Shown here: one piece after another, positions 14,222-27,200 of the stretch | Numbering within the stretch: position 1 is the first letter of the stretch | Layout of the letters: the number at the start of each line of letters is the position of its first letter | Assembly (NCBI GenBank): GCA_038087875.1 | Contig: CM075989.1 | Coordinates: forward strand, 13,456,001-13,520,000 | Reading direction: 5' to 3' | Source of the DNA: Malacoraja senta | Taxonomy: Eukaryota | Length of the DNA: 64,000 nt | The notes under the pieces: generated by a model | Told to the model about the DNA's origin: nothing | The model's input: the letters and a program-made list of their open reading frames with translations, nothing else | Databases searched by the model: none | Made by a program: the position numbers and the translations under genes

Positions 14222-14822
14222 GGGCGGCACGGTGGTGCAACGGTGCAGTTGCTACCTTGCAGCGCCAGAGACCCGGGTTCGATCCTGACTGCGAGCAACA
14301 CCGTAAATTGGAGGAAATGCACCTCATATTCCGCTTGGGCAGTCTACATCCTGGTGGCCTGAACGTTGAATTCTCCCAATTCTGCTAGCCCTGGCTGTCC
14401 CCTCCCCTTCATCAGCCATCTGGTTGTCTCCTCCCCTCCCCCAGCCCTCGGGCTCCTCCTCCGCCTTTTCCTTTTTTCCTTTCTTCTCCCCACCCCCTAT
14501 CAGTCTGAAGAAGGGTTTCGGCCCGAAACGTTACCTATTTCCTTCGCTCCATAGATGCTGCTGCACCCGCTGAGTTTCTCCAGCATTTTTGTGTACCTTC
14601 GATCCTGACTACTTGTGCTCTCTGTACAGAGTTTGTACGTTCTCTTCGCAACCTGCGTGGGTTTGTTCCGGGTACCCCAGTTTCCTCCCACACTCCAAAG
14701 ACGTACACGTTTGTAGGTTAATTGGCTTGGTGAAATTGTACATTGTGTAGGATAGTGTGAGTGTGCGGGAACGGGAATCACTGGGCTGTGCGGACTTGGT
14801 GGGTCGAAGGGCTAGTTTCCAC
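14222..14822 (+). mobile_element. tRNA-derived V-SINE interrupted by a Penelope fragment (14291..14597)
   Basis: A-box-like ggtggtgcaacgg, B-box ggttcgatcc, central tttcctcccacactccaaagac domain; ttcgatcctgact duplicated at 14278-14290 and 14598-14610. Confidence 0.8.
14503..14534 (+). ncRNA. Putative minimal type I hammerhead ribozyme motif of a Penelope terminal repeat
   Basis: CTGAAGA (14505-14511), stem II gggt-ttcg-gccc, GAAAC-GTT. Related motifs at 11710, 14000, 30904, 35489, 39995 and 62059. Confidence 0.55.
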
Positions 14823-14825
14823 GTA

Positions 14826-16617
14826 GGGTAAGCTGCCCAAGAATATAAAGAAGGATAGTAAAAGCTTCTTCAAGTATATTAAGAGAAAACGATTAGTAAA
14901 GACAAATGTGGGTCCCTTGAAGGCAGAAACAGGTGAAATTATTATGGGGAACAAGGAAATGGCAGAAGAGTTGAACAGGTACTTTGGTTCTATCTTCACT
15001 AAGGAAGACACAAACAATCTCCCAGATGTACTAGAGGACAGAGGATCCAGGGAGAGATGAACTGAAAGAAATTTGCATTAGGCGAGAAATAGTATTGGGT
15101 AGACTGATGGAACTGAAGGCTGATAAATCCCCAGTGATCATTTTCCAATGTTCTATAGATTCAGGATCAGTTCCTGTGGAGTGGAGGGTAGCTAATGTTA
15201 TCCAACTTTTCAAGAAAAGAGCGAGAGAGAAAAAGTGGAATTATAGACCAGTTAGCCTGGCATCGGTGGTGGGGAAGATGCTGGAGTTAATTATTAAAGA
15301 AGTAATAAAGGTGCATTTTGATAGCAGTAAAAGGATTGGTCCAAGTCAGCATGGATTTATGAAGGGGAAATCCTGCTTGACTGATCTTCTGGAATTATTT
15401 GAGGATGTGACAAGTAAAATGGGATGAAGGAGAGCCAGTGGATGTAGTTTATCTGGACTTTCAGAAAACCTTTGATATGGTCCCACACAAGACATTAGTG
15501 GGCAAAATTAGAGCACATGGTTTTGGGGGTAGGGTATTGACATGGATAGAGAATTGGTTGGCAGACAGGAAACAAAGAGTAGGAATAAATGGGTCCCTGT
15601 CAGAATGGCAGGCAGTGGCGAGTGCAGTGCCGCAAGGCTCGGTGCAGGGGCCGCAACTATTTACAATATATATTAATGATTTAGATGATGGAATTAAAAG
15701 CAAATTTGCAGATGACACAAAGCTGCGTGGCAGTGTGAACTGCGAAGAGGATGCTAGGAGATTGCAGGGTGAGTTGGACAGGTTGAGTGAGTGGGCAGAT
15801 GTGTGGCAGATGCAGTATAATGTAGATAAATGTGAGGTTATCCACTTTGGCGGCAAGTACAAGGAGGCAGGTTATTATCTCAATGGTGTCAGATTAGGAA
15901 AAAGGGAAGTGCAACGAGTCCTGGGTGTCCTTGTACACCAGTCACTGAAAGTAAACATGCAGGTACAGCAGGCAGTGAAGAAAGCTGATGGCATGTTGGC
16001 CTTCATAACGAGAGGATTTGAGTATAGGAGTAAAGAGGTCCTTCTGCAGTTGTACAGGGCCTTAATGAGACCACATCTGGAGTATTGTGTGCAGTTTAAT
16101 CTCCTAATTTGAGGAAGGACATCCTTGCTATTGAGGCTGTGCAGCGTAGGTTCACGAGGTTAATCCCCGGGATGGCAGGACTGTCATATGAGGAAAGATT
16201 GGAACGACTGGGCTTGTATTCACTGGAATTTAGAAGGATGAGAGGATATCTTATAGAATCATATAAAATTATATGTAGTTATATTTTTCCTGCTAGATGC
16301 AGGAAAAATGTTCCCAATGTTGGGGGAGTCTAGAACCAGGGGCCACAGTCTAAGAACAAAGGGGAGGCCATTTAAAACTGAGATGAGAAAAAACCTTTTC
16401 ACCCAGAGAGTTGTGAATTTGTGGAATTCTCTGCCACAGTAGAGACCAATTCACTGGATGAATTTAAAAGAGTTAGATAGAGCTCTAGGGCCTAACGGAA
16501 TCAAGGGACATGGGGAGAAGGCAGGCACAGGTTATTGATTCTGGATGATCAGCCATGATCACAATGAATGAGGGGCCAAATGGCCTCCTCCTGCACCTAT
16601 TTTCTATGTTTCTATAT
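14826..16617 (+). mobile_element. CR1 LINE, 5'-truncated, degenerate reverse transcriptase
   Basis: NYRPVSL, QHGFMKGKSCLT, VYLDFQKTFD, VPQGSV, YINDLD, KFADDTK, RPHLEYCVQF; 3' ttctatgt repeat tail. Confidence 0.92.
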
Positions 16618-16975
16618 GCTTCAATTTTTTGTCTGAATTTACACTATCTCTTGTCATCCAAGATTTGCCAGATCTTGGCATCAGTGGAACACGCTGGTCC
16701 TGAATACCAATCAATTGGTCTGTAAATAGTTCTCACAGGCCCAGTATGGACTTATCCAGAAATAGTGGTAGTGAAAGTGCTGGAATCCAATGAATAGAAA
16801 ATAATAAAATTGAATATAGTCAACGTGAATTTGTGAAAAGAAAATCGTCTGACTAATACTATAATGACTGAGTTATAGAGACGTAGAATCAGACCATTCG
16901 GCTCTCCATGTCCAATCTGGCCAATGGGCATTCACCCATATTAATGCACCTTCCAGCTTGTCTACACACTTCCTA

Positions 16976-17245
16976 AGGCATTACAGTGGTGCAGCGGTAG
17001 AGATGTCTTACAGCGCCAGAGTCCTGACTTCAGGTGCTGTCTGTACGGAGTTTGTATGTTCTTTCTGTGACCGCCTGGGTTTTCTCCGGGTGCTCCAGTT
17101 TCCTCCCACATCCCTAAGTTGTGCAGGTTTATAGGTTAATTGGCTTCTGTAAATCATTTCTAGTCTGTAGGATAGAACTAGTGATCGTTGAGTAGTGAAT
17201 GCACAGTGTGCCGAAGGGCCTATTTCTGTGTTGTATCTCTAAAAC
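16976..17245 (+). mobile_element. V-SINE copy
   Basis: gtggtgcagcggtagag...cagcgccaga head and ctccagtttcctcccacatcc core. Confidence 0.75.
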
Positions 17246-18167
17246 AAAAATGCTGTCCGTGACTGCAGGCTACTAATTCTTACTCTTAGATCTTTCACCA
17301 GCCCCACCCAAACCTCCAACCCATCACCTTTATCTCCATTCATCGCCCACCAACTTGATTCCATATTTCCAATCCCAGCTCGCACAGTTTCCATAATATG
17401 CACCAGGATGCAGGACAGAACGCCACAGGAGATCCTTCTTCCCTGTGAAACTGTACATCTCCTTCCCCTTCTGTCGTGGGGCAGACTGAGACTGAGACTG
17501 ACCCCCTCCCCAACCCCCTCCCCAATCTTTGCACATCCCCAATACTTTCCACTCGTCACTTTAATTTCATGTTTCATGTATTTTGAGTTCTTGTGTTTTT
17601 ATGACTGTTGGCAGATCCTGGGATAAATAAAGTTACATCGTATCGCATCGTATCTGGTCATTCCTCCGACCACCCCACCGCCCGTGACTTCAAATCCCAC
17701 TCCTGGCGTCAGTTCCTGGTTCGTTCACAGCTCTACGGCTTCAAATCATCTTGCCTTCGCCATGAAAGAATTGTGAAGGTTCTCTTGACCCAAACTCAAC
17801 CACCCACCCCCCCCCCCCAGCAACTCTCCCATCCCATCTATCTCTCCCATCCCAACTATCCCCTCCGTCCTAATTATCTCCCCATCACATCTATCCACTC
17901 CCATCGCCATCAGCCCCTCCCACCCCAAACAGTTCCTTCATCCCAACCAGCCCCACACAACCCCTCATGACACAACGCCAATACTGTGTGATCCATCCAC
18001 AAATCACCCCTCCCCTCCCCGGACCCATCTCAGCATCATCATCCCTCACCTCCAGCCCCCACTCTGCCCCTCACCTCATTCAATGGGACGAGGCTTTGCA
18101 TTCCGGGAAAACCCAAGGAGCAAAGCCACCCTCCTTGGCGCCACCGGCCCCTCCCCAATCTCCCCGA

Positions 18168-18222
18168 GGCGGGCGGGCGGAGCCTATCGGAGATGGGAGG
18201 TGGTCATTGGGGATTTATAGAG
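18168..18222 (+). promoter_or_regulatory. HDC: HDC proximal promoter: GC box plus TATA-like box
   Basis: GGCGGGCGGGCGGAG at ~18168-18182 and TTTATAGAG at 18214-18222, about 40 nt upstream of the ATG, in a CpG-rich segment. Confidence 0.6.
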
Positions 18223-18259
18223 GGCGATGTCGCCGCAGCCGGGGCGAGTGAAGAAGGCG

Positions 18260-18287
18260 ATGGAGCTGGACGAGTACCGGCGTCGTG
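18260..18287 (+). CDS. HDC: HDC exon 1 ([10 protein letters not shown])
   Basis: ATG in GGCGATGG context, donor GTGAGT at 18288, phase 1 matches exon 2. Similar to human MMEPEEYRERG. Confidence 0.9.
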
Positions 18288-21200
18288 GTGAGTGAGTCCC
18301 CGGCTCATGCTCCCCGACCCCCGTCTCCTGCCCTGTTCCACCCAGAGGACCGCGGCCACTCTGCCCTGCGGTGCTGTCCCAGGACTCCGGAAAACCTGGT
18401 AGCGCGGCGCTCCCTCGGTACCGTCCGTCCGACCGCGCGGCGCTCCCTCGGTACCGTCGGCGAAGCCTCGTTGAGGAGGGAGGTTGTCGGTGAAGGTGGG
18501 ATGTCCGTGAAGGTGAAGTATTGGCGCCAATGTCCCGGGGGTGTGACTGCGCGTTTGTAAACTCCGTTCCCCATCTGCTTCACCCTTTTATTTAACTCAT
18601 TGAGTCTAGTCTAGTTGAGAGATACAGCGCGGAAATAGGTCACCCGCACATTAACACAATCCATACATTCGGGACAATTTACATTTCTACCAAACCAATT
18701 CACCTAGCGTGGAAGGAAAACTGAAGACCTCGGAGGTGACCCACGCAGTCTCGGGGAGAACGGACAAACTCCTGTAGTCGGGATCGAACCCGGGTCTCTG
18801 GCGCTGTGAGACTGCAGCTCTATCTTTGCGCCACCGTGCCTCCCTCAACTCACCTCTTTGCCTTTTCGTGGATGAGCCAGAGATGGCGACGGAGAGAAGT
18901 CAATTATATTCCGCGGTTGTGTTGCGGGAGTTCACTCGCAAACCTGCTGGGACCCCAGACTCCTTGTCCATTCCTGTCGTCATTCTATCTTCAACCCTCA
19001 CACCCCTCTTGGCCAGAGTCCGTCAGGGTGGTTGGTGGCTCGGATGGCGGGGGTGTTCTCATGCACCTGCTGCCCTTGTACCTGCTTCCAAGCAGGATGT
19101 TGCTTTGGGAAATGAGCCATGACCACAAGAATCCCTGCATCTGACCTCTTCCTCGTGTGGGTGGCATCCATGCAGCCAGTCCATTGAGTTTCTGGTCAAT
19201 GGTAACCCCAGAATATTGATTGTTAATGCAGAAAGAATTTCATTGTTCTCTCTTAAACATATGACAGTAAAACACTCTTGACTCTTGATGAGTTGCACTT
19301 GCTGATGGTGGTTAGACTTTCTCTTTTTGGAGTTAGTTATTGCCTGGCAATTTTGTGTGAAACCTGCCTGTCTGTCCAGCCTGAATGTTGTTTGAGTTTT
19401 GCTGCATGCAATCACAGATACTCTCTTGGTGTGTGTTAGATAAATCAACAGATTCAGCCAACAGAGTTTGATTCACAAAGTAATATATTACACTACCAAA
19501 TAAGTAAGTAAGTTTATTGGCCAAGTATTCACATACAAGGAATTTGCATTGGTGCTCCGCCCACAAGTAACAACATGACATACAGCGACAGTTACGAATG
19601 ACTCAGAAAACACTAAACATTAATAATAATAAAACATTAATGATAAAACACCATTGATCAAGCATGTGAACCAACAAAATACCAGATCAAATGGAGGCTA
19701 CAGATTGTTGGCTGTTGAGTAGAGCAACTACTCGTGGATAAAAACTGTTTTTATGTCTGGCTGTGGCAGCTTTGACAGTCCGGAGTCGCCTTCCAGAGGG
19801 AAGTGATTCAAAGAGTTTGTGGCCAGGGTGACAGGGGTCAGAGATGATCTTGCCCGCTCGCTTTCTGGCCCTTCCAGTGTACAGTTCATCAATGGAGGGA
19901 AGGTTGCAGCCAATAATCTTCTCTGCTGATCGGACGATTCGCTGCAGCCTCCAGGTGTCGTGCTTGGTGGCTGAGCCAAACCAGACCATGATGGAGAAGG
20001 TGAGAACAGACTCTACGATGGCCGTGTAGAATTGGACCATCATTGCCTGTGGCAGATTGTGCTTCCTCAGCAGCTGCAGGAAGTACATCCTCTGTTGTGC
20101 CTTTTTGACCGTGGAGTCAATGGTAGCCCCCCACTTAAGGTCCTTGGAGATGATGGTCCCCAGGAACTTAAAAGACTCCACAGATGTGACTGTGGTGTCG
20201 TTGATGGTGAGTGGGGTGAGGGGAGGGGGAGCTCTCCTAAAGTCTACAATCAATTCCACTGTCTTAAGAGCATTGAGCTCTAGGTTGTTGCAACGGCACC
20301 AGGATGCCAGCTGTGACACTTCCTGTCTGTAGGCAGATTCCTCCCCATCCTGGATCAGTCCAATCAGGGTTGTGTCGTCCGCAAACTTGAGAAGCTATAC
20401 AGAGGTGTCTGTGGAGGTGCAGTCGTTGGTGTAGAGAGAGGAGAGGAGAGGAGAGAGTACACAGCCTTGCGGTGCTCCTATGCTGAGTATTTGCGGGTCC
20501 GAGATGTGCTTTCCCAGCCTCATATGCTGCTTCCTGTCTGTCAGGAAGTTGGTGATCCACTGACAGAGGGGTTCAGGCACAGTCAACTCGGAAAGTTTGG
20601 AGTGTAGTAGCTCTGGCACAATGGTGTTGAATGCAGAGCTAAAATCAACAAACAGGATCCTCGCATAGGTCCTCTGGCAGTCTAGGTGCTGCAGGATGAA
20701 GTGCAGGCCCAGGTTGACTGCATCATCCACAGATCTATTGGCCCGATATGCAAACTGCAGAGGGTCCAGCAGGGAGTTTGTGATATTTTTCAGCTTGGCC
20801 AGCACAAGCCTTTCGAGTGTCTTCATGATTACAGAGGTCAGTGCGACACATACACTCACTTAAAGGGTTGCGGTGGATATGCAAATGGCATATTTAAATA
20901 TCGCATGGATGAATTATTACAATTATTCATCCCTATCTGGCGTAAAAAATAAAACAGGGAAGGCGGCTCAACCGTGGCTAATGAGGGAAATTAGGTAAAG
21001 TGTTAAATCCAAGGAAGAGGCATATAAATTGGCCAGAGGAAGCAGCAAACCAGAGGACTGGGAGAAATGTAGAATTCAACAGATGAGGACAAATGGGGTT
21101 AATTAAGAGGAAAATAGAGCATGAAAGAAAGCTTGCAAGGAATGTAAAAACTGACTGTAAAAGTTTTTTTAGATATGTGAAGAGGAAAAGATTAGTGAAG

Positions 21201-24200
21201 ACAAATGTAGGTCCATTACAGTCAGAAACAGGTGAATTTATAATGGGGAAACAAGAAAATGGCAGACCAGTTAAACAAGTACTTTGATTCTGTCTTCACT
21301 AAGGAAGACACAATCTCCCAGAAATACTAGGGGACCAAAGATCTAGCGTGACGGAGGAACTGAAGGAAATTCACAATAGTCATGAAATGGTGTTGGGTAA
21401 ACTGTTGGGACTGAAGGTAGATAAATCCCCAGGGCCTGATGGTCTGCATCCCAGGGTACTCAAGGAGGTAGCCCTAGAAATCGTGGATGCATTGGTGATC
21501 ATTTTCCAATGTTCTATAGACTGGATCAGTTCCTGTAGACTGGAGAGCAGCTAATGTAACCCCACTTTTTAAGAAAGGAGGGAGAGAGAAAACGGAATTA
21601 TAGACCAGTTAACCGGACATTGGTAGTGGGGAAGATGCTTGTCGATTATTAAAGATGTAATAGCAACGCATTGGGAACGCAGTGACAGGATTGGTCAAAG
21701 TCAACATGGATTTAAGAAAGGGAAATCATGCTTGACTAATCTTTTGGAATGTTTTTAGGCTGTAACAAGTAGAATGGATAAGGGAGAGCCAGTGGATGTG
21801 GTGTATCTGGACTTTCAAAAAGCCTTTGACAAGGTCCCACACAAGAGATTGATATGCACATGGTATTGGGGGTTGTGCATTGACATGGATAGAGAACTGG
21901 TTGGCAGGCAGGAAGTAAAGAGTAGGAATTAATGGGTCCTTTTCAGAATGGTAGGCAGTGACTAGTGGGGTGCTGCAAGGTTCAGTGCTGGGATCGCAGT
22001 TATTTACAATATATATATTAACAATTTAGACAAAGGACACAAAGCTAGGTGGCAGAGTGAGCTGCGAGGAGAATGCCATGAGGCTGGAGGGTGACTTGGT
22101 GAGTGGGCAGATGCATGGCAGATGCAGTATAATGTGGATAAATGTGAGGTTATCCACTACGGTGGCAAGAACAAGAAGACGGATTATTATCTGAATGGTG
22201 TCAGATTAGGAAAAGGGGAGGTGCAATGAAACCTAGGTGTCCTTGTACACCAGGCACTGAAAGTAAGCATGCAGGTACAGCAGGCAGTGAAGAAAGCTAA
22301 TGGGATGTTGGCCTTCATAGCGAGAGGATTTTAGTGGAGGAGCAAGGAGGTCCTACTGCAGTTATACAGGGCCCTGGTGAGACCGCATCTGCAGTATTGT
22401 GTGCAGTTTACTTCTCCTAATTTGAGGAAGGACATTCTTGCTATTGAGGGAGTGCAGCATAGGTTCATCAGGTTAATTCCCGGGATGGTAGGACTGACAT
22501 ATGATGAAAGAATGGAGCAACTGGGCCTATATTCACTAGGATTTCAAAGGATGTGAGAGGATCTTATAGAAACATATAACATTCTTAAGGGATTGGACAG
22601 GCTAGATGCAGGAATTTTTTCCCCGATGTTGGGGGAGTCTAGAACCAGGGATCACAGTTTAAGAATAAGGTGTAGGCCATTTAGGACTGAGATGAGAATA
22701 TGCTATTTCAGCCAGAGAGTTGTGAATCTGTGGAATTCTCTGCCACAGAAGGCAGTGGAGGCCAATTCACTGTGTATTCAAGAGAGCGATAGATATAGCT
22801 CTTAGGGCTAACGGAATCAAGGGATATGGGGAAAAGCAGGAACAGGGTACTGATTCTGGATAATCAGCCATTATCATATTGAATGGCGGTGTTGGCTCAA
22901 AAGGCCGAATGTTCTTCAAACATGATCTTGTCAAAGATCTTATTGAGGTCTACCTAGACTGCATTGTTCTCATCAATATACTTAGTTACCTATTCAAAAA
23001 AATTCAATCAAACAAAGCAGGATCTCTTAACAAAGACACCTTTGATTATTCCCTGGAAGTGTAGATTAATCCTGTTCCATGTTTTTCAGTAACTTTCTTA
23101 CCCCCGACGTGAGACTCATTGCCTGTAATTACTTGGCTCCTTCCTGCTGCCCTTCTCGAATAAAGGCAGCATATCAGTGGTCCTCAATTTAAGTTTCTCT
23201 TTATTTTTAAAAGATTTTGCATTCCTGCCCTTACTGTCACAATGAACCACCTCACATTTCCCACCCTGCCTTTCTTTCCCAGATCTTTGACTACCCATGT
23301 CCCCATGCAGACTCTTTACATCCCCCTCCTCCCCAATACCTCATGTCCCACACACTCTGCAGATACTCCCCATCTGTAGGTTCAACATGGTCATGTGTTT
23401 ATAGGGTTGGGTGGCTGTTGGCAAGGGTGGAGGATTGGAAAAGTTTGGATGGGGGGGTATAATTGATGGGTATGGAGGAGAGGATGGGTGCAGGAAGGAG
23501 GTTTGGGTGCGGGAGGGTTCAAAGAGAAGGGGTGGAAGGGGTGGGTGTAGATGGGGATGGGTGGGGGGTGGCGGATTGGAGGTTTGAGGGTTTAGATGGG
23601 GAGAGGTTGAGTAGAGGTACAGATGATTGGGAAGGGTGGAGATAGAGGTTGGGAAATTGTATGAGAGATTGGGTTTGGATAGTGGTGTGGGGGAGAAGTG
23701 GACTGGTAATGGGATTAGGGAGTGAGTGTGTTGGGGAGAATAGGTTGGAGTCGTTATCTGGGGTAGGAGGGGTGAGGAGGGTTGGTGATAGGTGTGGCAG
23801 TGGTGGTCGAGTGACCCTGTGAAGTGTTCCGGTCTCTCCCCAGGGAAGGAGCTGGTGGATTACATCGCGGAGTATCTGAGCACGGTGAGGGAGCGGCGCG
23901 TCTGTCCCGATGTGAAGCCTGGCTACCTGTCCCTGCTGCTCCCGACCTCCCCACCCCAGGAGCCTGAGGCTTGGAGCAGCATCTTCAATGACGTCGAGAG
24001 GCTTATCATGCCCGGGGTAGAGCACTCTTTTCTCACTTCCCCACCCCCAGCACACCTCTTCCTGCCCAGTAACTCACCCAATCCCCACTGTCCTGTTCCC
24101 ACCCCCAGCATCCCACCCCCAGCATCCCACCCCCAGCATCCCACCCCCAGCATCCCACCCCCGGCACCCCACTCCGGCACCCCACCCCCAGCACCCCACC

Positions 24201-27200
24201 CCCAGCACCCCACCCCCAGCACCCCAGCACCCAGCACCCAGCACCCCACCCCCAGAACCACACCCCCAGCACCCCATTCCAGCACTCCAGCACCCCACCC
24301 CCAGCAGCCCACTCCAGCACCCCACCTCCGGCACCCCACCCCCAGCACCCCACTCGAGCACCCCACCCGCAGCAGCCCATCCCCAGCACCCCAGCACCCA
24401 GCACCCCACTCCAGCACCCCACTCCAGCACCCAGCACCCCACCCCCAGCACCCCACTCCAGGTCCCCACCCCCAGCACCCCACTCCAGCACCCAGCACCC
24501 CACCCCTACCACACCCCCCCCCACAACAGTCACAAAGCCCACTCCACGTTTCAGCACCACCAGCACCCCTCCCACAGCCCAGCCACCCATCCCCCACCCT
24601 TCCACACACGGTTCTTTGTGTCAGGGACGAGGATCTGGGGGAGGTCGGTGCCTGGGGATGTGGATGGGGATAGGGGCGTCAGGCTCCCAGCGGGAGGTGG
24701 TGTCTGGGGGCGAGGGTAGGGTGGCTGATGTTGGGGATGGGACTGAGGGTGGTCAGTGTTTGGAGGCGGCTGGTGTCTCGGGATGGGGATGGGAACGGTC
24801 ATTGTCTGGGTCTGAGGACTGTATGTGGGGATGGCCAGGCTCCCAGTGGGAGGTGGCGTCTGGGGGTGAGGGTGGGGACGGATGATGTCTGGGGATGTGG
24901 CAGCTGGTGCCCTGGGGTGGGCAAGTTCAGAGCAGGTCTCTAACTCTGCCTCTCTCTCCTGCTGCAGCTGGTCCACTGGCAGAGCCCACACATGCACGCC
25001 TACTTTCCCGCTCTCACCTCCTGGCCCTCGCTGCTCGGCGACATGCTGGCAGATGCCACCAACTGCCTGGGCTTCACTTGGGTAAGAATCACTCCGAGCT
25101 GGAGAGGACGGTCAGTGAAAAGGTGATGAGGGAAAGAAAGCATTGGTAGGAGTAGTGCTCTGTCCCCAAATAATGGCACACTGTAGGAAAGAGCAGTACT
25201 CATCAGTCGTGGGGTTTTTCAAAAGAGCAGGACAATAATTAAAGGCAATGGAGGTCTTTAATCTTTCTGTAGATGTATTAATCAAGTTGGAAATGGTAGC
25301 CCTAAGAATGATTTCATACTCAGGATAGTTTCCTAGAGCAATTCATTCTGGAGAATGAAGCAGAAAAAACAGTCTTGGGAAATCAACATGTTTTCATATA
25401 ACCTCCCTATAGTAATCAGGACCAATATCTGTTAAGAGATCAGTGACACTTGAGATCAGTGTAGGGCCTTTTTGGAGAGGGTGGTGAATCTCTGGGAATC
25501 TCTGCCCTGAATATTCGTGGAATCACTGATGGACTGTTTTTGATTTGCAGGCCTCGAGCCCCGCCTGTACGGAGCTGGAGATAAGCATGATGGACTGGCT
25601 GGCGGTGATGCTGGGGCTCCCTGATCACTTCCTACACCATCACCCCAACAGCCGTGGGGGTGGAGTGCTGCAGGTACCACGCGACCCCTCCCAGTGTTCA
25701 GCTCTCAGTCCTGACATACTCTGCTCAGTCGACGATACATCTCTGCCTTTCTCCCTGATTTTCTCCCACTCAGTGGCCGGACGTGACTGTTCTAGTACAC
25801 ACCCAGGCACTGACTAACTACAATGAGCTTTCAACAATCCCTCTTGGGAATAATTGAACCAAACTGTTAGTAATTTGTGCAAAGAATAGATTGAGGGAAA
25901 GTTGGGGAAGGAATTCTTTGGGGGGAATGTACCTTCTCAGCTGGCCTTGGCTTCCATCTTTTGCAAATGTGACTGGACATTGGCTTCTTGCTGCTGCCCC
26001 AAACCCTCTGCTGGTGGGACCTGAGTTGGTGCAGCCATGAGCAGCACAGGGCCTGGCTCAGGGTGGACTGCCCATCTCCCCAACAAAGGGACTTCCCATA
26101 GCTGGCATCAATCATAGGACACGATGGGAACTTTCCATTAACCTGAAATAACTGCCTCTGGTTAGATATTGAACAAAATTATCCCAAATGTCTTTCATTA
26201 TGAAAACTTATGAAGACAGAAGGAGACAATTCAGCCAATTGTGCCGATCTAACATAAAATGGGCTATTCCCACTTCCCGAGTCTTCGCCCACTTACCCGC
26301 CGAGCATGGCTGTTCTAGTACACATCCAGGCACTGTCTAAGCTTGGGATGGCATCTGTTCTCCCTCCTCGCAGTAAGTGGGTTCCAGACCCTAACCTTTC
26401 TCTGCATGAAAAAAACATTACTCTACATCGTATACTTCCCATTCCAAGGTTGGAAATGATCTAATCCCAACAACATCCTTGTAAACCTTCTTTGTAGCGT
26501 CATCACACTCTTGCCGTATGGTAACCAGAACTCTGCACTGTGCTCCACCAGTGGTCTAACTGGAGCTTTATTAACATCTGCAGGTTCTTGTATTTTATGA
26601 CTGTCCCACAAGAGCAAATCTCCTGTTTGCCTTCCTTCTCTCCCTAACCCTCACACGCTGGGTGCATGTGGAGTTTTGTAGTGGGATCCCTTAGTTTCTC
26701 CATTTATCAGTATCCCATTTATCATGTTTCCCCAACATTGTTTGTCCTCCCCAAATGCACCCTCACACTTCTCCAAACTACCACCCAGTGTCCATCTAGC
26801 CAGTCTGTCAATATCTTCCTGCAGATAAGAAACTATTTCCTCGCTCTCAGTGACATGGCCAAATTTAGTGCAAGAAAACAAGCTGCCAGCCTGCTCTAGA
26901 TCCCAGATGCCCTAACCTTTTGGACCAGCCCACCATGCAGTAACTCTGTCAAGTGCTTTACTAAGGTCACTGAGCTGATTTCTATTCAAATCTGTTCATT
27001 TCCCATTGGGATTCTGCTGCCTTTCACTTTGCTGAGCATTCCGTCACGTGGGACCTTGCCAACGTGGCAGAAATCTATGTAGAATACCATCCTTATCAAA
27101 TCTTTTCCCTCTTTCCCCAGAAAATCCAACTGGGATGTAATTTGGCCTGTTGAATGTTGAGCATCTCTGACTTTGATTTGATCCATGGAAACCAATAATT

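Noticed and set aside
14222..14290. tRNA gene
   Set aside because: tRNA-like head of a SINE that continues into the V-SINE core; no complete cloverleaf.
23792..24673. 293-aa Pro/His-rich ORF and antisense Gly/Trp-rich ORFs
   Set aside because: Only 23844..24016 is coding (HDC exon 2); the rest is read-through into a C-rich intronic minisatellite.
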